NCBI RefSeq assembly: GCF_040938485.1
Contig: NW_027271539.1
Location: 186,001 to 250,000, forward strand
Length of the DNA: 64,000 nucleotides
From: Diadema antillarum
Taxonomy: Eukaryota
Direction: 5' to 3'
In this document: piece by piece, positions 13,841 to 28,263 of the stretch
How positions within the stretch are numbered: position 1 is the first letter of the stretch
Layout of the letters: each line of letters begins with the position of its first letter
Notes under the pieces: generated by a model
What the model saw: only the letters and a program-made list of their open reading frames with translations
Databases searched by the model: none
What the model was told of the DNA's origin: nothing
Position numbers and translations under genes: made by a program

Positions 13841-14912
13841 GGGGGGGGGGGGGTTCTAATTTAACTTGTGTAAAAAGCGGAGAAACAAGTAGTTTACCGA
13901 CTTTGAGACAGAATAATAAGAAAAAAATCATGTTGCAGAGCCCCGTGTGATTTTTATGTAAATGTCTTTTTTTAATTACTTATAGTAATAGGAATGTTAA
14001 ATTTTGCAAAGGTTGGTGCAAGAATAATGCGACAAGGCAGTGCCATTCAACGTACGTGGACGTACTATAGCTCATACAATTCACCAGTGTGCCAGAAAAA
14101 AAAATAGAAGTTAGCACTCATGGACCTATGAACGGAGGTCTTTCTTTAATACGACCTGCATCGCCGCCACCTGAGTATGTGCATCTTATGAGTACATTCA
14201 GATGTTTGGACAATGACGATTGTGTAATCGTTCATCGTCACTGACAAAAGAACCGTTTCCCTCATTTTATTTCGTTTTATTTCGCTGAGGTGCCTTTTCA
14301 GACTTAATTGCCTTTGGAAAATCGACAATGATGGGGAGCAACAAACCTCAAATCATGACAAATTTCGTGTCACACAATTAGTAATTACTGAAGTGGACGC
14401 TTGTGGACGCGCATGTAACGTTGCTTTAATGGTAAGACATACATGTCGTCACCATTACTGTCCATGTTGACGCTGAAACAATGTGTGAAAAATGGGATAA
14501 ATTAGATTACAAATTACAACCATCCTGCCGAAATACTTGCTTTCCCTCGTAAAGTACGTGCATTTCGCAAATGAAATTAACTGAGCAATGATTTCCCAAT
14601 GTACACTACAACTGCACGTGCATTTTCTTGATTTAAGAGAGTTATTATCTTCAGCGCATGTAGTTTTGAGATATCTCAAAGCGCCGCGCCGTCTTGTTTT
14701 TACTCCAGGCTGGCTGTCGGTGATGCACTATATGAGATCAAAGTAGGAAAGCATATCTAAAATGTTATTGTGCCGCTTTTCACAGAAACAGGTGTTTGAA
14801 TTAATAAATGAGCGATGTATGTCCATGTGTGGAAGGTTTATGGTAGCAATAGCACTGATTCGTAGAGCATTGCAGCCAAGAATGCTACCATGACACTTGC
14901 TCCTAGATACTT

Positions 14913-14930
14913 GTCGCCCTCTAGTGGCGA
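14913..14930 (-). promoter_or_regulatory. CTCF-binding motif
   Basis: Minus strand TCGCCACTAGAGGGCGAC fits the CCACYAGRKGGCG core of the CTCF consensus. Confidence 0.6.
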
Positions 14931-15740
14931 TTTGAAAATGGAAAAATGGTTGACAACTGCTCAGTGGTACATGCACTGGACGCTGGACGGACATACGTAA
15001 CGTACATGTATGTATGTCTTACATATACACGTATGTCTTGTTCACATCTTTATCGACTTTGATATTTGCAGAGCACACGTGCATGAACATGTACAGCGGT
15101 AAACAGAAACACGAGGTGAATGATTTTGAACTATCATGTATTCATTCTATCATTAAATATGACTGAATTGTAGAAGCACCAGTGATTTTTTTAGAATAAC
15201 TGAATGTATTGATCTGTTTCTAAAAGACCACATTATGAATACATCTTAATGTCCATGATTCTTTTTATTCAGATGAAATACTTATGGCATTAACGATTTT
15301 TCAGAACGCCTGATCGAAACTGATTATTTTTCATCCTATGCCATTGTGCATGAGAAGATTAAGCGACATTATTATCATGTCCAGACTATCAGTTCCGCAA
15401 TGATCACTTTGTTGAAGTGCTCTTAATGTGCTTTAATTCCGTGGGTAAGCCATGAAGTTACGATAAAAATAATTTGAGAATGAAATAGATAAGACTTGGC
15501 ACTGGTATGGGTTGATTGTATTCAGAGTTTGCAAGGCATATGGCATTTTCCACTATTCTTGTGCACGACATGTACAGAAAGACACAACGATGTCCTCGTC
15601 ATGTTAGGAGAGTACAGCGATCGCCAGAAATCTGGTCTTTTTTGCCTCTTGCGCTGCTTTGTCTCTTTCAATCAGCTTCCATTCATCTCGCTTCACATCC
15701 GGCTGACCGAGCAGCTCGTCTGATCTCTTCTTCGTAGCCC

Positions 15741-15754
15741 ATTGCCATGGCAAC
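15741..15754. promoter_or_regulatory. RFX X-box
   Basis: ATTGCCATGGCAAC, 13/14 match to the palindromic GTTGCCATGGCAAC, in a CpG-rich patch. Confidence 0.5.
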
Positions 15755-16848
15755 CGAAACCGGATCTGAAAATAATTCCTCTCGCTGAAATTCCCACATT
15801 TTCCCCCTTCTAATGGTGGGCATAAGATGGTTTTCTGAATGCTGGTATACAGTCTCTCCCCCCCCCCCCCCCCCCCCTCCGTCCGTCCTTCCCTCCCTCC
15901 CCAGTTCTCATCACCCCTTAGGGACATAATTTACCTCAACGACGTCATCATCGTCATGACAACCCCAAGGAATTTTCCCGTTTTCCCCCAAGTATTTCAG
16001 TCCGATCATTTACCAATATGCCCGACAGAATAATTGGGAAGTGTTTTACAGCGATGTTTTACAATGGGGGCCTCAAATTAGCGCAAATTAACGCACGTGC
16101 GTAAACATGGGAAACATTTTCTTGCAAGATGTGGGTTACGCCAAAATAGTTCTCACAGAATTCGACCCCTTTGAGACTACTGCTAAATCTCTTCAGCGCT
16201 CGATACAAACCGCAGGTAAAACGGACCCAGCTCTACTGGGTGTCTCTTTTCAGTTTATAGTCGATATCGGTTGTAGAAAAAAAAAGATGGTAAAGTTTTC
16301 AGTTGTGTGTTATATCGTAATGCTTTTCCTGTATATGTTTCCAGCGTGTCGGATGCCGTGTTTCAATCTTTGCTGACAATATTTTATGAACTACTACTTG
16401 TTCCACTTTGCTGCTTTATTTTTTTTTAGTCGTATCGGCAATGTGTATCGTAAAGGGGTGGACAGATTACTCACAGCTTCAATGAATGTTCATCTTCAGA
16501 TGGCACTGCGTATAACTTTTCTGCTAGACCAGAATAAGTATTCCAGATTAACATTGTGAAATGAAAATAGTACCCTCGATTCTAATCAAAAGTGATGATG
16601 ATGATGACCTTTCACATGTTTAGAATGGGGGGCGTGTTTTATGTGCGTTGGGATTAAACATTGTGCTAAATTGATAGGGCCTATGTAATGAATATTACGT
16701 TGGGATTATCAGTTGATTATTGCACAATATTACTGAACACCCTTCTCGATCTAAGCCAACATTTTCCTAATTCCATTTTATAACTCTTCTCACCAGGTGA
16801 TCTGTTCACTGAGGTCCTAAGTTTTGCTTTGTTTTGTTTTTGTTTTTG

Positions 16849-16885
<37 letters not shown>

Positions 16886-19800
16886 TTCCCCATATGCATA
16901 AAAAAATGGCTCTGGGGGCGATTGCATCTGGATTTAAGGCAGCTTGTGCCACCGGCGTACATCCGGATAATTTTCAGACTTTTGCACTTGAACATTATAT
17001 AAGTAATATTGGTCATTTTGGGTGTACAGAGCTACAGAATCTATAGTTATTGGGATGAGAAATAACATTGTTTTCAAAATCTATAAGAAAATCATAGTGA
17101 ACAAAGATGATGACATAGCAGCTTCACATACGAATGCGTGATTGGGTGGACATGGAAGAGGAACAAAAGAAGAAAGTATGCATAAAGTCTACACAATTGA
17201 ACTTGTTAAGCATGCGGTATTGTAGTGGAATTACATTGCTACATAACTGGAATATGTGAGCCTCTACGTCATCATTCTCGTTCAGTGTAATATGTTTGGA
17301 CTTTTTGAGAGTATTGGTTTTTCTGCTCAAATAAATGAATAAATAATAAATTCCACAAATCTATGTACATGGCATTATCAGTTTGTGTACTAAATGTAAA
17401 TGTATATAAATTGCCTGGAATGTCCCTTTAACTGGACTGTTGGAAGAAAACCTCAGTTGATATCGAATAACAATGTTCAATATTAAATGTATTTCCAGTG
17501 CTTAAGGATAAAATGGGTTTAATTTCTCATGAAGGCGGGTCACTGTTGTAGATATACATAGGTGAGCGGTCAAGTGAAGTACTATTTGAAGAGCTTAATC
17601 GAAAAACAGGTTTAGTGCCATTTTAGAACATTTTAAAGTTCATCATCATCATATAGAGCAAAATAAAACCTTTCCAGTCATACCTCGCCATTGTTACTTA
17701 ACAAGGCATATTCTTGAAGATTGCGATTTTAAAGAATATCACGTATTTTCTTTTACGTTTGATGTTTTAGCAACTTTATTCGCAAATATCTCAAATCAAC
17801 AAGAATAGAGGTAACTTGTTTTGCATTCAGATTCTTCTTTCATTCTGTTTGAAATTCACTGAGATCCCTTACAAAACAACGGATAAGACACCACTTTTGA
17901 TAAACATGGTAATACGGGTGTGACGCATTTCCTCGTCTCATTTTCAAACATCGAATTTGGGGTGGGGGGTGGGGATGAGGTGGGAGGGGTAAAAGAAGCA
18001 TCGAGGAGGAAGAGACTCTATTTGTCAAATTGCCCCAAATTACAATTCCTTGCGGACTCACAGTATATGACCCAAAGAATCAGTGTCCTGATTTAGTTTT
18101 ATTTTACATCATCATCCAATAATGTCATTATCTTTATCATAACTATGATCACTATCATCATTGTTGTTATCATCATTATTACCTATGTAGGCCTACTTTT
18201 CATTTTGATCATTTGAAGCATAAAGTTGGAAAAGACCCACGTGTAGGTACCATACAGAACGAGATAAGGCGGTAAAATAAAATCGATATAAATAGGTATA
18301 ACTATAAAAACGGGAGAATATGAATTGAAATAGCTTTAGATAAGTCGGCCCGGATAGAAAGACAACAATTAAAAAACAAGTTCACCTTCATAGACATGTG
18401 GATTGAATGAATGAAGCAACGATAGTACAACACATCAGTTAGAGTGTGAGGAAAATTGGACAATCCATTCATAAGTCATGAATATTTGAAGTTTCTGCTT
18501 TTTTACTACTGGATGAGAAAACTACTACAGCTTGTGATGTCAGATGCATACGGGTACATGAGTCACATGAACATAAAGAATTCGACATATTTTCACTTTT
18601 CTCGCATAATAAAAGAATACTTGACTTACCTCTTTCAGAAGACAGGGGGAATAATATTACCCTTGGCATACGTCAGTGCCAAGTCGAGGAAATGAACATA
18701 TTTTCCCTAAAATACAATTTTATGAAATTCTCTTCATTTTCTTTATATCGTTCAACGCATGTGACATCACACACTGTAGTAGTCTTCTCATTAAGCAGTG
18801 ACTGCGCGGATACTTTAGAAATTAATAACTTTCGAATGTATGGTCCGATTTTCCCCAAACCTCCACTGATGTGTTCTACTAATATTGCTGCATTCACTCA
18901 ATTCACATATGAAGTTGGACTTGTCCTTTAAGATGCATACATAATTAGTCAAATAACAAAAACAAATATAAAACTTTTAGGGAGAGAGAGAGGGGGGAGA
19001 TTTTGGAGGAATATGAAAGAGTAAGGGAGAGGAGAGAAAAAAGTGGGGGGGGGTAGAGGAGAGGAAAAAACGAAAAAAAAAAAGGAATAGGAAAGAAGAC
19101 AAGGCATGCATGTAATATGTGTAACACGTCATGTAGGCAACAAACTTCAGCTTCAAGCTCTTCCCTTTCTCTCCAATAGTCCCATTTAGTGGATATATTA
19201 TTCCGGGGAGCGCAAACCCAATCGACACACGGTCTCTGCAATATCGACCCTTTTCCTTTGCACAATCTTATAGGGGGCCAACCCCAGCCGCACGACGACT
19301 CAGATCGTCGCTTCTCGCAGTGGTGCCTCCATCGATCGATATAACTCCGTTTAATGAACGTGTCTTTTTTTTTCTTCTCCTCGTTTTGTGCTCCAGTTTC
19401 TTTCCCCCTCCCTTTACAATCACCGTTTGCCGAATTATCAGTTCTTGAAAGATTTATTTGCCAAAGAGATGTTATGTATTTTTGACGACAATAATCTATG
19501 TTAACTTGGCGTTGGTGCTGCATTCGAGAAACTATTCTGTGGATTTCGTATCATAATCAGTGCTGGCAATATATCATAAGGAGTAAAATTGAATCATTAT
19601 GTGTGTGTGTGTGTGTGTGTGCTTAGATACAGTTGATTTGTATATAGTGAGGAAAAACCGTTATCATTATAAATGCAGCTATAGGGATTTGCAACATTAC
19701 CAAGTGTTTAGTGTAATATTTAGTAGTTTAAAGCCAAAATTCCCTCTTCCGTCAATGCCTTCACTTGCTTCAGATACAGCCCACTTACAAACAGACAGAC

Positions 19801-22164
19801 AAACACACAATACATACATCATTATGACTATGCAACAACATGGTTATCTATTTATTGTTGTGGGTGGATTATTAATTCCTCAACCGTCATTCCGTCAACC
19901 TCTGAAGCTTGTGAGCATTAAATCAATTATAAGTGACTTTTTATAGTGTCTGTATAAAACCATCTTCCTTAGTCTGACTTCGGCGTTGTTCTTTGTCACG
20001 CGTGAAAGTGCAGGTATCACGAAAATCTAGTTATTAGTGACACTGATACTTTGAAATCGTCATAAATGTGTTGTTCTCGACAAGCTTCCGGACAATCTGA
20101 TAATCCCTCCATAATGGTTGCTATGGAGCTTTAAAAATATTTCAAAAACTCCTATTTTTGTCCACTGTATAAAAGGTGCGACTTCGTCAGTGGAGTTATA
20201 CCGTAGCTACAAATGCCGGCCGATTTTCTCATTTAACTTTGCTATTTTTTCGATACCCTATCATGCTTAGGGGGTTAGAAACACCCAACATTAATGAGCT
20301 GTACATATTTCAAAGCTGAGATTCTTCGCTTTTAAAACCCTGACCCTAACCAAAATTGATATGGCGATAGAATTAAGTAGATAAACACAGAATATATGAA
20401 CAATTTGAATGCAATAACAGATAATTGCCTTTTTTTTAAAGTAAGGTCATCATCAATATAGAGAAACATTAAATCTCTTTAATTGATGCTACACTAATAA
20501 CATAGCAACAGATACTTTTAAAGGTATTATTAAAGTTATTATATATATTTTTGTTGTTTTCATTGTTTTTTAGCTGACTCCATTTCAAATATCTCAAGCT
20601 GATAAAAATTCANNNNNNNNNNNNNNNNNNNNNNNNNNNNNNNNNNNNNNNNNNNNNNNNNNNNNNNNNNNNNNNNNNNNNNNNNNNNNNNNNNNNNNNN
20701 NNNNNNNNNNNNNNNNNNNNNNNNNNNNNNNNNNNNNNNNNNNNNNNNNNNNNNNNNNNNNNNNNNNNNNNNNNNTGTTATATCAATGTATGTTATGTTT
20801 GTGTTTATGCATGTAATGAAATTGCACTCACACAAAAAACACCTCAATATATGATTTTAGAACATCTTATATGTCCATTTGAGGCAACAGCAAACACTTG
20901 CAATTGTGTTAGATAATATTACGCTTTTTCTGATAAATTTTAAACACTGGAATATTCAACATCTTGTTTGCTCTGGATGAGTACCCGAGTACCTAAATGA
21001 ACTATCAAGAAGTATGTAACTTGTGGCGCTTATCAATGCTACTGAGTTGCATTTGGTTATGTTACACTTTTCGTGGCTATGTCGCTGTTGTAGTCTCTTT
21101 TTAATGTTCTGTGTTGCTATAAACCTCATGTAATGCCATTCCTTGCAAGTATTCCGAACAACCGTCATGCTATTAATCAACAGCCCAAACACACATCTTT
21201 TATGAAATTGTTTTAGTTTATTTAATTGTTCACTTACCTACAATCTAGTGTACATAACATTTAATAAAACCATATTAAAACTTTGAAACACCAATAGTTT
21301 ATTGCGAGTCGACAACGTATCAACGTACTCAAACAGATTCGGTATATCCAATAATAAACCATTTTTTCTGTACATAATAGACGATTGATTTCATCATAAA
21401 CAATATGAAAATGAATGCAAGTGAAGTATTGTCACACGAAAAGTATTTATTGTTGTTTTCGCACATTCTACGTTCAAATAATGAAGGGTGTCGACATGAC
21501 AATAACTACAGGCCGGCCTTGAGAGCTCTGGCTTTACGATCAAAAGCGTATTGGCAAGTACGTGCAAATGCATCGCAACCTACGACCTAGAGTTTGTGCA
21601 GTAAAGCAACGCAGTGGACTGACGCACTGGGCGGTAGGTTGTGCTGCTTGGAGGTGCATGAGTTGACCCCTCCAAATGTGCATAGATAAACGTACAACAT
21701 CTGAGTGCATAATCATACACAAAGCACTATAGAGGTATGAATGCTGGCAGTACGACGCTTGTCTCTGTGGAATGAGATCTACCGATGATGATGCAACTAT
21801 GTATACTAAAACAATAGAACACTTTCAGCACGTGTCGCAACCTGTTTGGTCCGTATTAACCCAAATTGAAAATCAAACTCTGTTCTGCCCCATTGCGCCG
21901 TGTTATATACGGGCCAGTTATGATTTCCAAACATACTCATTACCGACGGAGAGGGGATATAACAGTAAGTTGGAGAGATCGGACTGACCTATCAGACGTA
22001 GATATGAAGATATCAATTTAAATGGTGAGAGATAGGTAGACTTATGAAAGGATTGAGGGTGGACAGATAGAGAGATGGAAAATACGCATGTAGACAATAA
22101 TAATGTGAGAGATACATATTGATGAAGGGGTATACAGCAAACATAGACTACAAGGCATAGAAGG

Positions 22165-22165
<1 letters not shown>

Positions 22166-22204
<39 letters not shown>
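22166..22204 (+). repeat. (GATA)n microsatellite
   Basis: Direct reading; another (GATA)n lies at about 61217-61250. Confidence 0.9.
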
Positions 22205-22206
<2 letters not shown>

Positions 22207-24151
22207 CTATATAGAGATGGAGAGAACGAAAGGGATTTAAAGAGATAGATAGATGTAGAGAAAACGTATTAACAAGAAGTACTGACCAAAGCTGGAATCA
22301 ATCTCGAAAACCTCCGTAGTTCAACGAATTATTTACAGCATTACAAGACGTTGTAGACATAAAGCAGCTCCGTCGAAGTATAACCGATACCCATTCAAAG
22401 CAACTGAAGGAGTGTAGCATTCATTTTGCAGGATAATTAAAACTCACAAAAGAAAAACAAAATCGAATGAAGATTGCCGTTTCAGTTTTATATTGAGTTT
22501 GTTCGTCTTATGAATATGTTTAAGTGCAATACCGGGCACATGAAATCACGCCATATCAAAAATTTTACACATTCGGAAAAACAAAATGCTCTTTTAGGTC
22601 CGCTACAACTGCTGTGTTATAACATGCATTAATGTAGTTCTTAGTCCAGCAAACGAGAATAACAAGGATTGACGTAACCTTTGGAAGCGGGATCAACCGG
22701 ACCCTAAAGGCCAGTTTGAAACGTAAATATGCCACGGAACTATCTTATCCCCTGAGGATGTGTGGAATTGATACTGGAATTAACCGTACATAGTCGTAGC
22801 TGTTTTCCCGAACATGCAGGACAGTGCGGTAAGGTGGAGAGTTCTCCCTGCCCTGCTTTCGGTACGTATAGAGGTATAATAATCTGTATTAGACGGAGGT
22901 TTATGTACATACATATAATATGTATGTATGCATGTATGGATGGATGGATGTATATCTTTATATTACATACAAACCATACATTATACATGTTATGTACTTG
23001 GTACGATTATTTCTTTTTGTATCAGACATGAGAACGTCGAAATATGACTTATTTATCTATAAGTTTATTATTGATTGATTGATTGATTAATCTATTCATT
23101 CATATCTATATCTGTCTCATGAGTTTAACTGCATCACAATCGAAAGTCTGTCTCAACATGAAGTGTAACATTTGAGACGAGCGTTTCATGCGTCCTTTTT
23201 AATTTTAGGTATATAGGTTGTTGTTTCCACGGTAATTACAAAGCAATGATATTCATACCATATGAAAGCGATACAAGCAACGAAACAAGAACGAAGTCAT
23301 ATTGGAATTGTTTACATTTTAGATTCACGTCATTCGTCATAACTGTGTTTGTGGTGGGTTTTTTTTTTGTATAAAACGAAGCGGCGCAAAGTGGTGGAAA
23401 CAAAACGCGTGATGCAGACATTCGTATTCAATCATTGAGAATATAAATCTACGGAGTCAGTAGAAGATTCATGGTTTATCTTCTAGTATACAAACAAGTC
23501 AGGACAGCATAGGACAGGACAGGACATCACAGCACAGGAAAGGACAGCCTTTCGACAAACTGTGAAGACACAGCAACAAGTAATAGCGAACAGCAATGCC
23601 CATTATATTTCTCTTGCCCTCTCCCACTCTCTCTATCTCTTTCTATCAAAATATAAAACAAGCAGATTGTCATTTCATACGACTCAATCGTCATAAATTG
23701 ATTTCCTTTTGTTTACCAAATACTGCAGACAATGTTGAAAACTTTGACGACCCGACTAAAAAACAAAAGAAAAACAAAAACAAAACAAACCCCCCAAATT
23801 GTAGAAATATGTGAAGGTGATTGGAACTCGTCAAGTAAAGGAGCAACATAGTTACGTACATCAATAACGAAATCAAGGTGTCAATGCACAATAATTCCTG
23901 TCGTCTAGTAATAGAAATGCTTCAATACACACTGTCTCCTCATTTCGCTAATGGAAATAACAAACTAATGCCCTCAGTGGCATGGTATTTCCACCATGTC
24001 AATAATACAAACACTAACACGACAACAACGGGAACACAATTGTTTGAGTAATACCCTCCTGTCGAGGTCGTTTTTGTACTTATGAAAAGAAATTATATAT
24101 ATCCCCAGTTTGATCTCTCGTTGCCCCCTGGCATTGCAACGAGAAATGTTA

Positions 24152-25196
24152 TAGTCCACGGGCCAAGACCCGAAAAATGGGTTATTGGTACCACCTGGGG
24201 TGGCAAAACCTTTTTGGTGTCATTTTGTTTGTCGGGCATAGATATGCTTATCAAGCTATGATAGCATTTCCAAATGAGTAGCTTAGTCATAATAAATGAA
24301 TTTTTAACCAATTTGGTCTCGTTTTCATATCCCTGTACTTCTGAATCGAAACTTACCGCTATAAAGAAGAGCACTGTGTTCTGTATGTCCACAGGTGTTC
24401 TGTTGTAAACGCGGTGCGCTTAGTCTTTATTCAAGGCAGCGAAGGGAACATCCAAAGGGTTATGATGTCCACAGCTGTCACGCGGTGCGCTTAGTCTTTA
24501 TCTAGTACAATGTACCGTTATCATATCTAAAGTTCCTAATAAAAGGAATTGTCTATACTGTTTTTATACTACCCTCTCAAAAAATACATCAGTTTTAAAC
24601 AAAAATCACTCCGTTCATTTACAATATTATTTATCATAATGTATTGTAGTGTACCGGTACATTGTTTTTGCATTATCTGTCATTGTTGGATGGAAATAAA
24701 GCGACATTGGCGTGGTATTAGCGTTTTCACCGTAGCGTTTTCACCGGAAAATGATAAATAATTGAAAAATACAGTAAAATTCACGAGGAATTGCTTTTTT
24801 GTTGTTATTTTTAGATAAAGGGATATACACTGTATCATAAGCTTTGGATATTCCCCTCGCCGTCTTGAATAAAGACTAAGCGCTGTGGACATCATAACCT
24901 TTGGATATTCCCTTCGCTGCCTTGAATAAAGACTAAGCGCACCGCGTTTACAACAGAACACCTGTGAACATACAGAAGACAGTGCTCTTCTTTGTATAGT
25001 GGTTAGTCTCGATTCTGAAGTATAGGGATATAACAACGAGATCAAATTGGTTTAAAATTCATTTATTACGACTAAGCTACTCATTTGGAAATGCTATCAT
25101 AGCTTGATAAGCATATCTATGCCCGACAAACAAAATGACACCAAAAATGTTTTGCCACCTCAGGTGGTACCAATATCTGGCCTGGCCCATGGACTA
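24152..25196. mobile_element. Non-autonomous fold-back DNA transposon, 1045 bp, about 330-350 bp inverted arms, TTA target-site duplication (Academ-like)
   Basis: Left arm 24152-24501 is the reverse complement of right arm 24869-25196. Termini TAGTCCACGGGCCA...TGGCCCATGGACTA; TTA on both flanks (24149-24151, 25197-25199); about 70-bp tandem subrepeats at the inner ends of the arms. Confidence 0.85.
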
Positions 25197-25794
25197 TTAA
25201 TGCTCCTTGAATTTCTCCTCATTCATTAGACATCATTCCTGTTGTGAAGCCGCGCGAAACGTTTTGATATCTTTTTAGACATCGGCAATCACAACATTTC
25301 CATAATGCTATGAATGTTAGGCTATCACCTGTCCACCTTAGTTGGTCTTCTCCTGCCTCCGACGAACATGTAGGGTTTCTTTTTCCACCCCCACACGTTC
25401 ATACGGATAACAAGCACATGCGTACACACACACGCACTCACGCACACGAACGCATGAATTCGCACACAATATACGAACATACCAGTACAAGTACATGTAC
25501 TTTTACACACCCACGCACGTCAAGAACGAGCGCGTTCGCTCGTGGATATAGCACACAACACACACGTACACAATAAGAAACAAAATCACATTTTGTAAAC
25601 AATCTTTCAATGAAATACGATTCACAAAAATGTTTCTACTATAGCTATCCGGGCTAATCTGACCGAAAACAGCAATTTTATGCACGTGCATGTGGATATA
25701 GGAAATCCACCCCCATTTTGTGGTACCTTCATGGTAATACAATAATTTTGAAATCTTGTTTAGTTTGTATTTCTTTCATAATTATTGTTATTAT

Positions 25795-25800
25795 TTTATT
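25795..25800 (-). terminator. Candidate polyadenylation signal (AATAAA) for SYT17
   Basis: First AATAAA I noticed on the minus strand, about 1.2 kb after the stop codon; motif only. Confidence 0.3.
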
Positions 25801-26991
25801 GGTGTGGGAGAACTATTATTCTCTTTTAATCGAGTCATGTCCTCTTTTTTTCATTTCTAAGTTTCATTTCAGCAAAAGTGGATTCCACGCAACCCCCTCC
25901 CAAATAACAAACAAACAAACAAACCAAACAATATTCAAACGAGCCACAACAATATCAATGACTTCGATGCTACCAAACACCTGCACTCGCATTTTGGACA
26001 TCCAAATAAGTCAGATACAAGATGCCACCATTATGATACACTCCCTTCTACAGCGTACATGGCATATCACAACATGTGTCAGTATAAGTGTGTTGCCTCC
26101 ATTTTGTCGGCTAGCATGTGGAGGCGCTATTTTCGCAGTACTGATAGAAGATCGCCGAGGCATGAAGCACAGTGTATTCCGTTCTGACTACTGAGTATTC
26201 AGAAATCACCTTCTCCATACACCATAACTCTGCAAAGGCTGTAGCCCACAGTTGCAAGTCAACATGGAGGTCATGAAATACGAGGACTAATGGTAGATTT
26301 CAAAGACGATTTGCCAAATAACAGGAAACATTCATAGTGATGAACAATTTTTTGTTTCATAATTTACTCTTCTTTTGGTGCAGACTGCAGACTTCACCTA
26401 TCATACTCCCAGAAAGTAGGATAGGAGGACACTGGAAGAATACGCTGTATTTTCAATTCTCATGACCTAGTATATGACACTATTTGATACCAAATGAAAT
26501 GTTAAAATGATGTTCAATGATATCTCAAAGAGCTCCCCAAAGTGGGCTACCTTCAGTATGTAACATTCACGTTGTAGAGTTCAATAATTTGATATCAAAG
26601 TCGGAATACAAAGAAGTGATTTAGTTAATTGATGGAAAGTGGTCCAACATGTTACAATAGATACAAAGTCATTTCAATTTGACACGAAAACATGTTGTTT
26701 TGACTAACATGGATAAAATGTGACGTATCAAAGGTATATCGAAATCTTCACGTTTCTTGTGCTTTAACGACTCGATGTTGGCAATGTGTTTGAATAATTT
26801 GTTTGTAGAGTATCGGCAGACTTGGTATAGAGTTGGAATACATAGAGCGTCTGGGAATGAGTCTGAATTTACCCAGAGGAAAGATAAAAATCGCGATTTT
26901 TAGGTTGTTGTTGCTGATATGATTTCTCCCATGTCAGTGCAATCCACTCTGTGGCGAGCTCCATTCCCTACGTCCAGATGTCTGGCCTAAA

Positions 26992-27119
26992 TTACGAGAC
27001 CAACATGGCGTGAGGTAAAACTTTCTCACAGTCTTCACGCGTGCGCAATGTGTGCCATTGCGCCACAGGGGTTCGTTGTGAACTGCGCATGCGTTGCCAG
27101 TGAGTGACCTCGCTGTGAC
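26992..27119 (-). CDS. SYT17: Synaptotagmin-17 last coding exon (128 nt including stop TAA)
   Basis: ctttactctag|GT CAC AGC. Translates (G)HSEVTHWQRMRSSQRTPVAQWHTLRTREDCEKVLPHAMLVS*, containing the synaptotagmin HW..M...R.PVAQWHTL motif and an SYT17-like RxxCD/E tail. Phase fits exon 4. Confidence 0.93.
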
Positions 27120-28263
27120 CTAGAGTAAAGAGACAAGGCATGCGGAAAAATAATCAATTTAGCGTTTTCAATCGATTTGAAATTACGTATGTTTTACTGC
27201 CTGATTGAAAATAAATCACATTATTTTCATTCATATAGTGGCGGGCAAACTGGGAAAGATAGCTATAAAAGGAAGAAGAAAGAGAGAGAGAGAGAGAGGG
27301 AAAGAATAAATGATTAGCAAGAGTTCATGACGAGAGTACTTTTTGTAGATTTCGATAAGTCATTTCTATCCAAACATGGAGGGATAGAACAAAAGGAAAA
27401 CATCCAGAATAGAATGCTGAAATTCCTTTTACATGAATTCTATAATTGGCATATTTGATTTAAAATACGTACATTCCGTTGTAGATTTGGTAGAATAAGA
27501 TAACGATCACAGAACTTTGTAAAAGTTTTAATCAGGTTTCGATACTGAGGTCAATGACCCCAGACGTGGATACGTGTTATGTCCGTCAAATTAATAAATC
27601 ATCAGGCAACGTGGGTAAATACGCTATCATAATACTTCCTTAAGTTTTAAACAGTATAGCGTCAACACAGGTCAACAGATTTGTCACAAAACGTAGATAA
27701 GTATAGATATACAAGTAACTTCGAATTGTTATCATGGTTCAAACCTGTCCGATCTTTTTTTCTAAATGTGACACATAATGTTTTCAGTTGCATTTGAATG
27801 CGCGTAGTGGGACAATGATTGTATTTACTCTCTCTACAACAAGCAAAGTGATGAGAGTGTAAATCAAACCATTCAGGCTAGCATGGAGAATACAACTGCA
27901 GCATTTGTTTTCTTAGCATTACTCAAATTAGATTTTCGTTAATGAGTCTTCAAACAGTCCTCATTCTCATATGCGTCCGGTTTGAATAACTTCTGTGGCA
28001 CAGGTAAAACAGCTCTGTTTATTATTTATTGCCAAAACATCACTCATGAAAAAAAAAAAATGAAAGCACAGCGATTGAAATTCATGAATTTGAATAAAAA
28101 GCACAGCGATTATATCAAAGGCCATCTGTCATGAAATGGGTGGTAATACCCAGTCTATATCATTTTCTGCAAGGGACATGTTTGATTCAGTCTAAAACGA
28201 TGTACAGTATGTTTGTTTATTTGGGCCTGCTCTAAAAGCCAGGTCTGAACGTCATTCTCCATC

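Noticed and set aside
18945-19523. 192-aa minus-strand ORF
   Set aside because: Non-ATG start, composed of A/G- and T/C-rich low-complexity tracts, with no domain.
22810-22830. REST/RE1-like GGACAGTGCG
   Set aside because: Only the right half-site matches; the left TTCAGCACC half is absent.
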